From NCBI GenBank assembly GCA_965649765.1, contig OZ287758.1:19034001-19098000 (forward strand): 64,000 nucleotides of DNA, in the 5' to 3' direction. The position numbers and the translations under genes were made by a program. Below are positions 1-12,310 of this stretch, piece after piece (position 1 is the stretch's first letter; each line of letters opens with the position of its first letter). The notes under the pieces are model-generated. The model searched no databases, had not been told where the DNA came from, and saw only the letters and a list, made by a program, of their open reading frames with translations. The DNA comes from Bispira polyomma (Eukaryota).

Positions 1-29
1 GTTATTCAGTTCATAGTCAGGGACAAGTA

Positions 30-1109
30 ATGTGCATGGTCAGTCCCCAAACAAAGTACATTGAAGGATTAATAGACCAATATTACATTGAACTAAGACA
101 AAACAAACCAGCTATGGCTCAAAAAGGAATTAGTTTTGATGAAAATCAGAGTGTTTATGAAAAGGAAAGTACACCTGTTAAATTTACCGAAGCAAAACAA
201 AATCGAATAACTTGTTTTTTTAAAGCGTTGGATACAACTCCAATTGTGATAGAAAGAGGCAGAATAAGTAAAAGGAAAGTGATTTTGCCTGTAACTGAGC
301 TTGGATTGGAAGACAGTGAAGAAGAAACTGATGATAACCCTGCGGTTTTGAATATAAGTAACAAGCTAAAGGCCTTTAAAGAGACATTGGATACTAACAT
401 GGGGATAGTGATGGAAAGCATAAAGCAGCAGCTGTCTGAAGACCTTGATAAGTTTAAAAAGGATATTGTAAATAGCGTAGAAAAGCAAGATAAACTGTAC
501 ACAGACAAAATAGAATCACTTCATTTGCAACTCAAGAATGTTAAAAGCTCACAGCAGGAATTAGATGAACTCAAAAGTGAAAACCAGTCGTTGATGAAAA
601 AATGTCAGTTACAAAAAAGTCAAATTGCAAAAAATGAGAAGGATATAGAATATTTGAAAGAAGATGTCCTTCAAATTCAAGCCAGATCAATGAAAGACAA
701 TCTTGTGTTTTATTACATTAAAGAAGAGTCCAGAGAAACAAATTAAGTAACCAAAGAACTGTTAATTAGCCGTATGAGAGATGAACTGAAAATACAAACA
801 CAGCATATACCATCTATTACCTTTGACCGAGTTCATAGATTGGGGAAAAAGATGCAACACAAGTCAAGACCCATTGTAGCAGAATTCAATCCCTACAGAG
901 GAAAGAAACTTATTCTACAGCATGTCAAGAACTTGGATAGAACAAAACGCTTTGGAGTCGGCGAACAACTTCCAAATAAGATGCAGAGTCGCAAGCAGAA
1001 ACTCATGCCTGTATTTCGTGATGCCAAACAGAAACAGCAAAAGACAAGGTGGTTTATGGATAAATTGCTTGTGAATGACCATATGATAGAACTCATAAAG
1101 GACATGTAA
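30..1109 (+). pseudogene. LINE ORF1 (coiled coil + RRM-like), one in-frame stop at 744-746
   Basis: ORFs 30-746 and 774-1109 are in the same frame. Motifs ARSMKDNLVF, FDRVHRLG, RPIVAEF and GEQLP are typical of L1/Tx1-type ORF1p. Confidence 0.8.
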
Positions 1110-3650
1110 ATATATCAATACATAATGAAGTATATATTATTTAGATAGAATTTTAAGCACTTTGAATATGGGATAAAAAATATGATGAATTTAACATGAA
1201 GTATTGTGAAGATTGGGTATGATATGAGTTAAACAATAATTATATGATGTATAATATACTGTTTCAATGATTATGAATATTGGATAAAATATATTGTCCT
1301 ACCAGAACTTTAAATATTATTAATATCGGATAAACCGTTAACAATAATTTATGCAAATGTAATATAAGTCAAACCCTGCCTGTTAAGTTAATTTCCCTGT
1401 TAAGTAGAATTGAATTTATGACTAAACAGGGTTTAACTCTCAATAAAAATTCATTAATTCTTAATCATTGAAACAGTATATAAGTGGAACATCTGCTCAT
1501 GCAACAGAACTCATTGTCGTCCCTTGTGTTTTGACTAAACATGGTTTAACTGTAGGGTTTTCAATAAAAATTCCTATTTAGATGGCGTAGCTAATCCTGT
1601 CAAGATAATAGATTTAAAGAGTAGACAGACACTCAGTAATTTGCAATTGTTAAAATGAATTTCTACTGAATTGATTTATAATGTTTTGTTTTTTTTGATA
1701 ATTGGTGAGCAGATATGGTTCATGCCATTCTCTCGATTACATGCGTCTTCATTGCTCTGTACTTTTCTACTGTTTTCTTATGTGTTTGTTTGTCTTTGTT
1801 AGGTTTATTTTTCTGAAATTTTAGTTTATGTTGTTACTTTACAATTATATACTCTGCAGAATATATTCTTTATGTGGAATAAACCACATCAAATGTTTGT
1901 ACTTTGAGGTAAATTCTTATTATGTCACAATGCTGTTAATAGAGAATCAGACTATTCAGAAATATCATTATAGAAGATAATTAAGCGTCCCTTGAAAAGG
2001 GCGCTTATTTGGTTTCACCTCTGGTTTCCTCGCTGCCGCCTGGTCCGCCTGTGCCGCCGCTGCCGCCGCCGCCACAAGGTCTTCCTTGAATATCTCCTTC
2101 AATATTATCTGCATCAAAATTATTTTTGGCAGTTCTCTTAACCAGGAGTGGGAAATCTTTTTCAAATTCTTGGCTTTAAACTTTGGCCTACTTAAATGTC
2201 AGATGACCCTGGGGGTGTAAAAGTGCTTGTCACTAGGTTTTCTCAAAAAGTATGTGTCATAGCTCAATGAAATTTGGCATGTAGCTTGGTAAGGGAATTT
2301 TCTGGACGGGAGACACTGATGAGATTAATCGGATAATAATTGACTGATTGCCAACCAATTGATTTTTTATTGAAATGCGAACATCAGTACTTTTTTGCTA
2401 TCTTGGAAACTATTGGGATTTTGGCTTTTTCTTGGTATAAGTTATTCATCTACTTTTTGATTTTATGAATGATGTAAAAGTCTCACAGTTCTCCAGTGAG
2501 TACTGAGTACTTTAAATGAGTAGTTTGCTCTATTTTGCTCTATCTTGCACTTTTACAAACTTTTCTTTTGAAGTACTTGTCATAGTTCAATGACATTTTG
2601 CATGCACATTGCAAATACCAAAACCTAGATATCCATAAATTTTGAGATCAATCTGGTGATAATTGACTGATTGACAGGGTGGATCAATCATAAAAAATGG
2701 GGGAAAAAGTGTTGGTAGGTGCTTTTTTGCGTGTGTGAGGATTTTTTTTATTTTCAATTTTAGACCAGTACATGCAATGCGTAACTTTTAAAGAATAGCC
2801 TGAACTTTTATTTATTTTTTACCCTATCCAAAAATATGCAATCATTACTGATATACGATTTCAATTTTAAAAATTTTGAAAATTTAGAGTTTTTTTGAAC
2901 GTCCATTATCTCGAAAACTGTGCTAGATAGAGCGATTTTGAGCTCATTTTCGACCCTGAGGGTTAACTTTTAGTCATGTTAATGTTTGAAGTAATTTTCG
3001 ATTTTGGCGGCCATCTTGAATTTATGCGTCTTTTCGAGTGCGGTGTCAGGGCACGGAACATGTCAGTCATGCACAAACTTAAGTCAGCTAAGTGTAGGGG
3101 ACCAGACTAATTTTAACAGGTAAAACTTAAGTAGGTAAACATCCCTCCCTGTTACTAAGCTAATTTGTTTACAGTGTATGCTGATTGGCTAAGCCAAATC
3201 AACAAGGGTATTGACTTATTATAGAGTGGTCAGTTTGAATTTGGTCACCAACAGAGTGACACAGAAAAAACGATTTATACATGAGCTGGTTTTATTTGGC
3301 TTGTGTTATAAACATTTTTAAACTATTTTACATATTTAGTGATTTTATACATTTTATACATTTTAAACAGACGGTCATTTAATGTATGTGTATGAATAGT
3401 GGAATAGTAACACTGGAGAAATAGTGGAAAGTAAAAGGACTTGTAGTAATCGACTGTGGTGCCTGCTGTAGCTCTCTTTTGACGACCTCATGCTTGGTTT
3501 GACCTTAAGTGGTCACATTTAAGGGACGGTCTAAACTTATTTATATTCATTCTTGCTATTGGGGTTTTAAAAATAGCCAAGCTGTGAAGTGGTCAAAACA
3601 AAGCGCTGAGGGTGTTTTGTGTATCATTTCAAAGACATTGACAATTAAAA

Positions 3651-4280
3651 ATGCTGAAAAAATCAAATTGCAGTAAGTGTGGTGATAAACATTACCCACC
3701 AACTGGAAAAAAATGTGCCTTTATACATGGAGTCGGGACTGAAATAAGTACTGAAAATAGCGGGACGTCACAGGATTCAACTGAGCATGTGATGACGGCT
3801 GAAGCAGAGGTGTCAGGACCAAGAGCGGTGGCTGAACAGTCAGATGGGCAGCTGCAGATACTCAGGGAGCTGAAGCGTGTCAACTCCAGACTCGACGTGG
3901 TGGAAGACAATATGGCGGAAGCTGGGAGTGGAAAACGCAGAGGCAAACTGGACAATCATGGTGTGTTAAGTAAGCAAACAAATCTATTGTGCACACACAC
4001 AGCACGAGTCAACAAACAATTCATTCAAAGCGACCAAAGTGACACGTTGAATGAAAACACCAGCAAGGTGGAAGTACAGGGTACACCCATTAACAATGAA
4101 ACAAAATCACAAAGTCCAAGTGGTTGTAAAAAGTTATTTGACATAAACAGGGATGACAAATTTGTTAATTTCATTTTATTCAATACAAACATGGGTGGTT
4201 CCAAACAAATATATTCTGAATGTGACAGTTTTGCCCTTTGTTGTGAGCAATCAGAGTTCTTGTTTGGTTTTGTTCTTTGA
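3651..4280 (+). pseudogene. YR element 1 gag N-terminus (CxxC..H..P.G..C), fused by deletion to the pre-RT region
   Basis: MLKKSNCSKCGDKHYPPTGKKC aligns with MPPVYHCSRCQEKHERPVGNAC of elements 2/3. The WPQNH core and C-terminal knuckle are missing. Confidence 0.7.
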
Positions 4281-5964
4281 CTGAACCAGTGGTATCACAG
4301 ATAGAAGACACGCAAAATGCACACATACATTGTCCTATAGAATTGCACAGAGCAGTGAAACAAAGGGGTGAACCCAATTATGTAGGAGCATGTATTCCTG
4401 TCAGTTCTCAGTTAAATATAGATCAGTGGGAAATTATGTTGGATGGGTACTGGGATAGGCAATTGATACAACTCATACAATTTGGTTTTCCCTTGGGGTT
4501 TAATCGGCGGTGTGCATTGCGTAGTGACATTGAAAATCAGAAAACAGCCACAGAATACTCAAAAGATGTGGATGTGTATATTGAGGAGGAAATTAAACAT
4601 GGAGCCGTAATTGGTCCATTTGAAAAAAACCCGATTAATAATTGCCATTCCTCTCCTTTCATGACTTGTCATAAAGCCGATTTGGATAATAGGAGAGTGA
4701 TAATTGACCTCAGTTAGCCAAAAGGCCAATCTGTTAATGCGGGAGTCGACAAAAATAGTTATATGGGGGCCGAATTTAATCTAAGTTTCCCAACTATAGA
4801 CGATTTGACTAATGAACTTACAAAATTGGGCAAGAGAGCTCATATATACAAATTGGACGTCAGTCGGGCGTTCCGACTTTTGAAAATTGACCCAATAGAT
4901 TATGACTTGCTTGGCCTAAATTGGAAGGGTTGTTATATTGACACTTGTCTGCCGTTCGGGAGTAGGCATGGAAGCCAATTTTTTCAAAGGGTTAGCGACG
5001 CAGTGTGTCACGTCATGCGTCACCACGGCCATAGAGTCATCAATTATCAATATATAGACGACTTTCTTGGTTACGGTACCCCCAAAGGGGCAAAAGAATC
5101 ATTTGATTGTCTATATGAAATTATGGAAAAATTGGGTCTTACAATCAGTAAAAAGAAAACTGTAACTCCTTGTACTAAAGCAGTATGTCTTGGAATATTG
5201 GTGGATATCATTGATGGTAGAGTATCCATACAGGGTGAAAAACTTGAGCAGATTAAACAAACAGTCAAGGAGTGGCAAACAAAAACATATTGCACTAAAA
5301 GGCAATTGCAATCTTTGTTGGATCAATTGTTATATGTCCATAAGTGCGTCAAACCAGCTAGGGTGTTTCTCAACCAAATGTTGGAGGTACTTAGGGGCAT
5401 TACAATAGCAATAGAGTTATACTGAGTGAAGAGTTCAAGAGGGACCTCAGGTTTTTCCAAAAATTCTTACCATTGTACAATGGAGTCTCAATGTATGGCC
5501 ACAAGATGATCGATCATACTTTGGAGTTGGATGCCTGTTTGATTGGGGGCAGATGGAGAAATAAAGTATATCATCTACCAATACCTCTAAATTTTAAAAG
5601 CTTCACGATAGTACATCTTGAAATGGTGAACATTGTTGTTGCATTAAAACTGTATAAAAACCATTGGAAGGGTACTAAAGTACTTGTTAAGTGTACCAAT
5701 CAGGCAGTGGTAAATGTGTTAAAATTTGGTAAGGCTAAGGACCCATTCTTGGCAGCCTGTGCTAGGAATATATGGCAGATTGCTGCTAGGGCTGATATTG
5801 ACCTGCAGTACGTGCACATATTAGGAAAAGAAAACAGAGTAGCAGACTTGCTATCAAGATGGACCAATTCTGTACAAAATATATGGGAATTAAACTCGTT
5901 GGTAGACAGCCCATTATGGCCCAGTACAAGTATTGAACTAACTGATATTGATGTAGAAATTTAA
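4277..5964 (+). pseudogene. YR element 1 reverse transcriptase-RNase H, disrupted
   Basis: RRVIIDLS*PKGQSVN, KLDVSRAFR, LPFG, YIDD; RNase H LDAC..HLEMVN..N.VADLLSRW. Stop at 4715 and a frameshift near 5400. Confidence 0.9.
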
Positions 5965-5975
5965 ATTATAACAAA

Positions 5976-6980
5976 ATGGTACTAGATACTATGCTTTGTG
6001 TTCTAGATGTGATGGCACTCAGAGGGTTGAAGCAAAAAGCCAGCCGTGGGACTCATACAGCCTTCAGACCTAAAACAAGAAAGTGCTACACTATGTTATT
6101 TAGAACATTTGTTGGCTTTTGTATATGTGTGAAAGTAGCATTGAATAAATTAACAGTAGATTGTATCATCTCATATCAAGAGTATCTTGTGAGTAATGGG
6201 GTGTCGTCCCACATGATTAACAATCATGTTTCAGCAGTTAAGGCAATGTGCATACTGTACGATTTGCACTTTCAATTATTGGAGCACCCAAAAATCAGGT
6301 ATTTCATAAAAGCTGTCAAAATAAATAGGCCCATGACTGTCACCAAGAGAAACATAATGGATGTTGACACTCTTACAAAATTGATTGAGAAGTGCCAGGA
6401 AACAAATAATTCCCATGTGTTCAAGGCAATCTTTTTGACAGGTTTTTTTGGTTTTCTCCGGGTATCAAACATTGCTCCGCATGCAATTGGTGAATTTGAT
6501 CACACGCGTCACTTTACTGGGGCTGATGTCTCCTTTCAAAAAACCACTGTTCAACTACTTCTGAAATGGTCTAAAACTATACAAACCAGGGACAAAGTTA
6601 AGGTTTTAACTTTTCCACGGCTGGGTAAAATTTGCCTGTACAAGGCTTTAAAAAGCTTATTTGACTTATATGCCCCGGAAAAGAACGCACCATTATTTCA
6701 ATATCACACTGCAACGAGTTGCCAAGTAGTTACAGACTCCAGGGTTAGAAAAATTTTGGCTAATCTTAATCAAAAGATGGGATTTCCTCCCAATTATTTC
6801 ACCTTTCACTCTTTCCGACATTCAGGTGCCTCCCTGACCTATAATGCCCATGTCCCAATTCAAGAAATTAAGGAACATGGCACCTGGACGTCGGACTGCG
6901 TTTGGACATACATACAAACAGATAACACAAAAGGATCGGATATGGCAACTACTTTCCAGAAGATATTGGCTATTGTATGA
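5976..6980 (+). CDS. Tyrosine recombinase of YR element 1
   Basis: Open 334-aa frame with FLR, KWSKT, HSFR, HGTW and WTY, i.e. the catalytic R-K-H-R-H/W-Y pattern. Confidence 0.9.
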   Translation: MVLDTMLCVLDVMALRGLKQKASRGTHTAFRPKTRKCYTMLFRTFVGFCICVKVALNKLTVDCIISYQEYLVSNGVSSHMINNHVSAVKAMCILYDLHFQLLEHPKIRYFIKAVKINRPMTVTKRNIMDVDTLTKLIEKCQETNNSHVFKAIFLTGFFGFLRVSNIAPHAIGEFDHTRHFTGADVSFQKTTVQLLLKWSKTIQTRDKVKVLTFPRLGKICLYKALKSLFDLYAPEKNAPLFQYHTATSCQVVTDSRVRKILANLNQKMGFPPNYFTFHSFRHSGASLTYNAHVPIQEIKEHGTWTSDCVWTYIQTDNTKGSDMATTFQKILAIV

Positions 6981-7961
6981 TGGGCACTACTCCTACTGTT
7001 GGGTTTGAGGGTCTGTAAATCATGCATATATTAAAAACAAGCCAAGGTCATTTTAACTGTAAACTGACCCTCAATTTAGGGTCACCCCAATTTTGAAAAC
7101 TCACTGTCTTCAAATATGTACCCGAAGCTAAGGTGACCTCAGCTTAAGGTTGTGAATATTATACTTAAAGTCGAATGTGTTAACCTTAACTTAAGGTTAA
7201 AAATGTTTAATTATGTACTTGAAGTGAATTGTGTAAACTCAACAGAGATGTACATACATATGGTAGTTAGGATATACATTATTAGAGAATTTCGTATATA
7301 TATAATAAAATCATATACCCTCACTCAGTGTTCTCATTCAGATTGATTGTGTTAGGCACTGTTCGAAAATGTCTGTTATCTCGAAAACGGTGCTAGATAG
7401 AGCGATTATGAGCTCATTTTCGACCCGCAGGGTTAATTTTCATTACATCTAAACTTTTTGAGTAATTTTTGTTTTTGGTGGCCGTCTTAAATTTCTGCAA
7501 ATTTCTTTCTTTTTTAAAAATGTCTGTTATCTCGGAAACGGTGCCAGATAGAGCGATTTCAAGCTTATTTTCGACCCACAGGGTTGATTTTGCTTGAATG
7601 TAAACTTTTAAAGTAATTTCGATTTCAGCGGCCATCTTGAATTTCTGTGTCTTTTTCAAAAACATCTGTTATCTTGGAAACGGTGCTAGAAAGGGCGATT
7701 TCGAGCTCATTTTCAACCCACAGGGTTAATTGTGCTTATTTGTAAATTTTTGAAGTAATTTTTGATTTTGCCAGCCATTTTGAATTTCTGTATCTTTTTT
7801 GAAAACATCCGTTATCTCAAAAACGGTGCTAGATAGAGCGATTTAGAGTTTATAATTGCTGCTTTTACGTCAACAATTTCAAACCTTGTACACTCAACAA
7901 CTTCATTATTATTTCAACTTCAGGGACGCTTCATTTTTGTTATCAAAAACCGTTTTCTCAT

Positions 7962-10900
7962 TTTAAGGTGTTGTCAGTAAACTGTCGAGGCTTAAGAGAC
8001 ACTAAAAAAAGAACAGATGTTTTACATTATTGAGAAAATTTAGGAACAGGAATAATTTGTCCACAAGACACGCATTTGTTTGATGTGAAATCAATCAAAC
8101 TCTCAAACAAATTTGGAGGGTCGATTGCATGTTGAATGGTCTAAGGTCCAATGCAAGAGGGGTTGCAATTCTGCTAAAAGGCAAAATACAATCAGTCTTC
8201 AGTGATGACAGTGAAAATCTCATCTCTCTTGATCTTCAATTAAGTAATCTCTCCATTAAGATTATTAATATTTACGTGCCAAACACAGACCTGATTTCTT
8301 TAAAAAACATTCAAGAAATGATCAATATTAGTCAGCAGGAATAAATAATAATATGTGACGATTTTAATTTGGCATTAGAACCCTCAGTTGACACTAGAAA
8401 CTATAAATACATCAATACCTCTAAAGCTCGCAACTCTTTACTCCACACAATGAATGTTTGTATCTTGACTGATGCATATTGATACTTTCATCCAAAATGT
8501 AAAAGATATACATGGCGAAGGAAAACTCCAATGCAGCAAGCGCGGTTAGATTATTTTCTTGTTTCAAATTCACTATTAGATCTGAAAAATTACTGTAAAT
8601 TAAGACCTGGCTATCGCACAGATCATTCAATAATTGAATTAAACCTGTTACTCTGCAAATTTGAAAGAGGCAAAGGAGTATGGATTTGAATTTGAATTTG
8701 GATATTTAACGTCCACTCTAGTACCTTTTAGTAGGTTATATTGGGACGGGTAGTTGGAAACGCTGGAAGAAACACTGCATACAGTCGGTCAAGGTTCTGC
8801 AGAGAAACCAGCGGCCCACAGTAAGGAACTACCACCTTTCCCACATAGGCATCGACGGGATTCGAACTCACGCCACCCAGAGGTGAGAGACCAGTGATTG
8901 TGAAGCGCCATGCTTGCTAACCACTAGGCCACCGCGGCCCCAGGAGTATGGAAGTTTAACTGTTCACTGTTGAAAGACCCCGATTATCTGAGGATGATAA
9001 ACACATTAATGAAAACTGCAAAGCAAGAGTCCGCTGTTCCAGTTTATAACTTTAAAAACTTTGATAAGATCCCAGATACAGAATTGATATTTATAATAAA
9101 TAAAGGTCTATTCCTTGAATTATTGCTTCTTAAAATGAGAGGTGAAGCAGTAAAATTTGCTTTAAGGTTAAAAAAGAGCTTGAATACGAAAGAAAAAGAG
9201 CTCACGGCGGAAATGCTAGAGAAAGATGTAAATTTACGTAATTTTGATCTGTTTGAGGACAAAAAGAAAGAATTGCAAGCAATAAGAGATGAAAAGGGTC
9301 AAAGGGATAGTTATAAGATCCAGGACCTAATGGTTAAAAGATGGAGAGAAACCCTCCAAATATTTTTGTGCATTAGAACGTTACAACTATCTTGAAAAAA
9401 CAGTAAAATGTGTAGTAAGACCAGATGGTCAGATTGTCACAGATCAAAACAAAATTTTATTAGAACTAAAAAACTTTTTTCAATTATTATTTAAAAATAA
9501 TGATAAATCTTTGACTGAAATAAATTTTGAAAATACTTTTCAAAACAATAATATAAATAAATTATCAGAAAGTGAATCACTTGAACTTAAAGGGCCTCTA
9601 GATGTTAGCGAACTTAGTGATGCTCTAAAATCATTGAAAAATGGAAAATGTCCTGGTATTGATGGTTTTCCTGCAGAATTTTTTAAAGTATTTTAGGAGA
9701 AACTAAAAATTTTCATTCTCAAAGCTTTGAACTATGCTTATGAAAGTGGAGAAATGTCTATTTCATTACACCACTGCATTATAAGTTGTCTATCCAAGGG
9801 TGACAAACCAAGAGAATTCTTAAAAAATTGGCGTCCTATATCCTTACTCTTTGTTATTTACAAAATTGGCTCTACTGCCATTGCTAATAGAATAAAAAAG
9901 TTTCTTAGAAAACTTATATCGAAAAATCAGTCAGGATTTATTAGCGGCCGTTATATAGGTGATTGCACCCATTTAATATACAACATAATACAGTATACCG
10001 AGCATGTAAATATTCCATGGCTTCTGATGCTTGTGGACTTTGAGAAGGCTTTTGATTCTGTTCCTATATTCAGTATTAAAATTCTTAGGTTTTGGTCATA
10101 GTATGATACATTGGATTAAAACTTTCAATAGAAATATTAAGGCAACTGTGATACAATGTGGTATATTGTCTGATTTTATAAAGATTGAAAAAGGTTGCAG
10201 ACAAGGCGACTCAATAGCATCATATTTATTTATTCTCTGTGCACAGATACTAATTCTTATGGTTGAGCAAAACAAAAGTATTAAAGGAATAACAATTGGT
10301 CAAAATGAGCTAAAGTTAACACAGTTTGCTGATGACACGACCCTAATGTTAGATGGCACAACTGATTCTCTGTTGGCAGCATTGAATATGTTAGAAATAT
10401 ATGGCTCAATATCAGGTTCAAAAGTAAACACTGACAAAACACAGTTCATATGGATAGGTAAAAAAAGATTTTCAAAAGACAAATTGAATTAGGTAGAAAT
10501 TTGAATTGGAAGTTGACCGAATTCAATTTGTTAGAAATATTATTATCAGTTGACTTCGATAATGTTGTTGATCTTAACTATAAACTGGTATTAATAAAAG
10601 TAGAAAAACTTTTGAACAGTTGGAAGAGCTGGTATTTAACACTAATAGGGAAAATCACAGTATTAAAAACTATAATCTTACCAAAATTTAATCATCTCTT
10701 CATTGCTATTCCAAGTCCTAAAATTGAATTGATACGGTAGCTGAACACATATTTTTATAAGTTTATTTTGGGTGGTAAACTGGATAAAATAACAATTGAC
10801 CTAGGGATACTTGCAAGAAGGATTGAAAGTGTTAGATCTCAACTGCTTTATTATAGGGCTTAAAGTATCTTAGCTTCATCGACTGCATTTAAACCATGGA

Positions 10901-11880
10901 GCTCCTTGGATGCACCTAGTTCCATTTAATCTAGATTCAGTTGATAAAATACTATATTTTGGGTCTCAGTGGTCTTTATAAGTTGCTCAAAAAACAGAAA
11001 ACAAATTTTGGAAGGATGTCTTTGCATCTTAGAGTAATGTAATAAAAAAACTCACAGAAATTGATAAAACTCCTGAAAGACTTGGTGGACCACTATGGTA
11101 CAATCAAAGTATCTCAAAAACTAACTCTTTTGTTCCACAGCTGTACCAAAAGGGAATTGTTTCACCTGCTGATCTTATCACAAATAAAGAAATCTTAATG
11201 ACCTGGCACTACATAAAGCAGCATTTGAATACATCTGTGGACTTCCTAACCTACCACAGGATACATTTTTCTGTTAAAGAATATTTGAGTATTGATTTGT
11301 CAAAATATCTTAATCAAAGACCATACCTCCACAATCATATCCATTTATTAATTAAATCAAAAAGAGGTAGTCAAGATTTTTATCGGGTTTTGAATGTTGA
11401 TGAAGGAACTGACAGTATGAAATATCTTAACAAGTGGGAGAGAGAGCTGATGATTACAATAGATCAAAATATATGGAAAAACATACATAAAATAATCTAT
11501 ACTTCTATTCAGGATAATGCTTTGATTTGATTCCAATATAAAATTATATGCACATTATTAGGTACAAAGTATTTTCGGCACAAAATTAATCAATCTGAAA
11601 GTTCTAAATTTTCTTTCTGTGGCCAGCATGATGAAACTATCCTACATTTATTTGCCTGCTGTAAAAAAACATTAACTTTTGGAATAACATCAAAATATGG
11701 CTTAAACAATCAATAGATAAAAATATTGATATTTTCACTGGCACCATTATATTTGGTGATTGGAAATTGTTTATACCAAATGCTCCTTTAAATGTCATCT
11801 ACATGACAGCAACACAGTATATTTTCCATTGTTCTAGAAAGAATGTGCAATTAAATATTTTTGAATATCAAGGTCAACTG
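7962..11880 (+). pseudogene. LINE ORF2 (APE endonuclease, reverse transcriptase, C-terminal Cys/His knuckle), frameshifted
   Basis: Motifs KVLSVNCRGL (from 7965), NARGVAILL, GKGVWKFNCSLL (split by SINE), PGIDGFPAEFFK, NWRPISLL, DFEKAFDSV, GCRQGD, QFADD and FCGQHDETILHLF. Confidence 0.9.
8685..8941 (-). mobile_element. tRNA-derived SINE copy 1
   Basis: A/B boxes, (AATTCA)n tail, 11-bp TSD AGGAGTATGGA (8674-8684 / 8942-8952). Removal restores GKGVWKFN in LINE ORF2. Confidence 0.9.
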
Positions 11881-12310
11881 AGGAGGGTTGGATTAAGACC
11901 TCAATGGGGGGTTGGCTGCGCTGCCTCAATAGGGTACTTTTATATGTCCTTTGTTGATGTATTTTTTGTGTTTTTTTTCATATTGTTTTTGTTTACTTTT
12001 CTTGTCTCTTTTGAGTATTGAGTAATTGTGTAACATTTTTTGTTTGTGTATTGTATTGTATTGTAAAAAAAAAAAAAAAAAAAAGTTCACTTGTAACAAC
12101 TTAAACTAAAGGTCCTAAGAGGCCATTATGATTTATTAATGTTGTAAAGATTGCATACCTTGAAATGCGTTGTGATTTGTTTATGTTAAAATGGATGTAT
12201 GAATAATGTTGGCTTTAGAGGGCCATTATGATACTGAATGGTTATATGTATTTCCTCTAACAGTTTGCCTAGGCTTCAGATAATTGGTGTAATCCAATAT
12301 GCTGTTATTA

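Larger units (their letters stand above)
3038..7366 (+). mobile_element. Ngaro-like tyrosine-recombinase retrotransposon, element 1 (internally deleted gag)
   Basis: gag N-terminus, RT-RNaseH and YR in order. Flanked by TTCGA (3033-3037, 7362-7366); removal restores a 141-bp HINE unit. Confidence 0.9.
1981..7960 (+). mobile_element. Helentron-associated non-autonomous element (HINE/DINE-1-like) with ~142-bp tandem core repeats, split by YR element 1
   Basis: Sub-terminal IR AAGCGTCCCT (1983-1992) / AGGGACGCTT (7922-7931), 5' hairpin, (GCC)n microsatellite. Core units start at 2906, 7376, 7527, 7669 and 7812. Removing the element restores GAT AAT TTT AAG GTG (D-N-F-K-V) of LINE ORF2 at a T-run target. 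Confidence 0.8.
1..12084 (+). mobile_element. Tx1/L1-clade LINE, degenerate, interrupted by a HINE (itself carrying a YR element) and a SINE
   Basis: ORF1 at 30-1109, long AT-rich inter-ORF spacer, APE-RT ORF2 fragments at 7962-11880, poly(A) at about 12065-12084. The 5' end probably lies outside the window. Confidence 0.85.
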
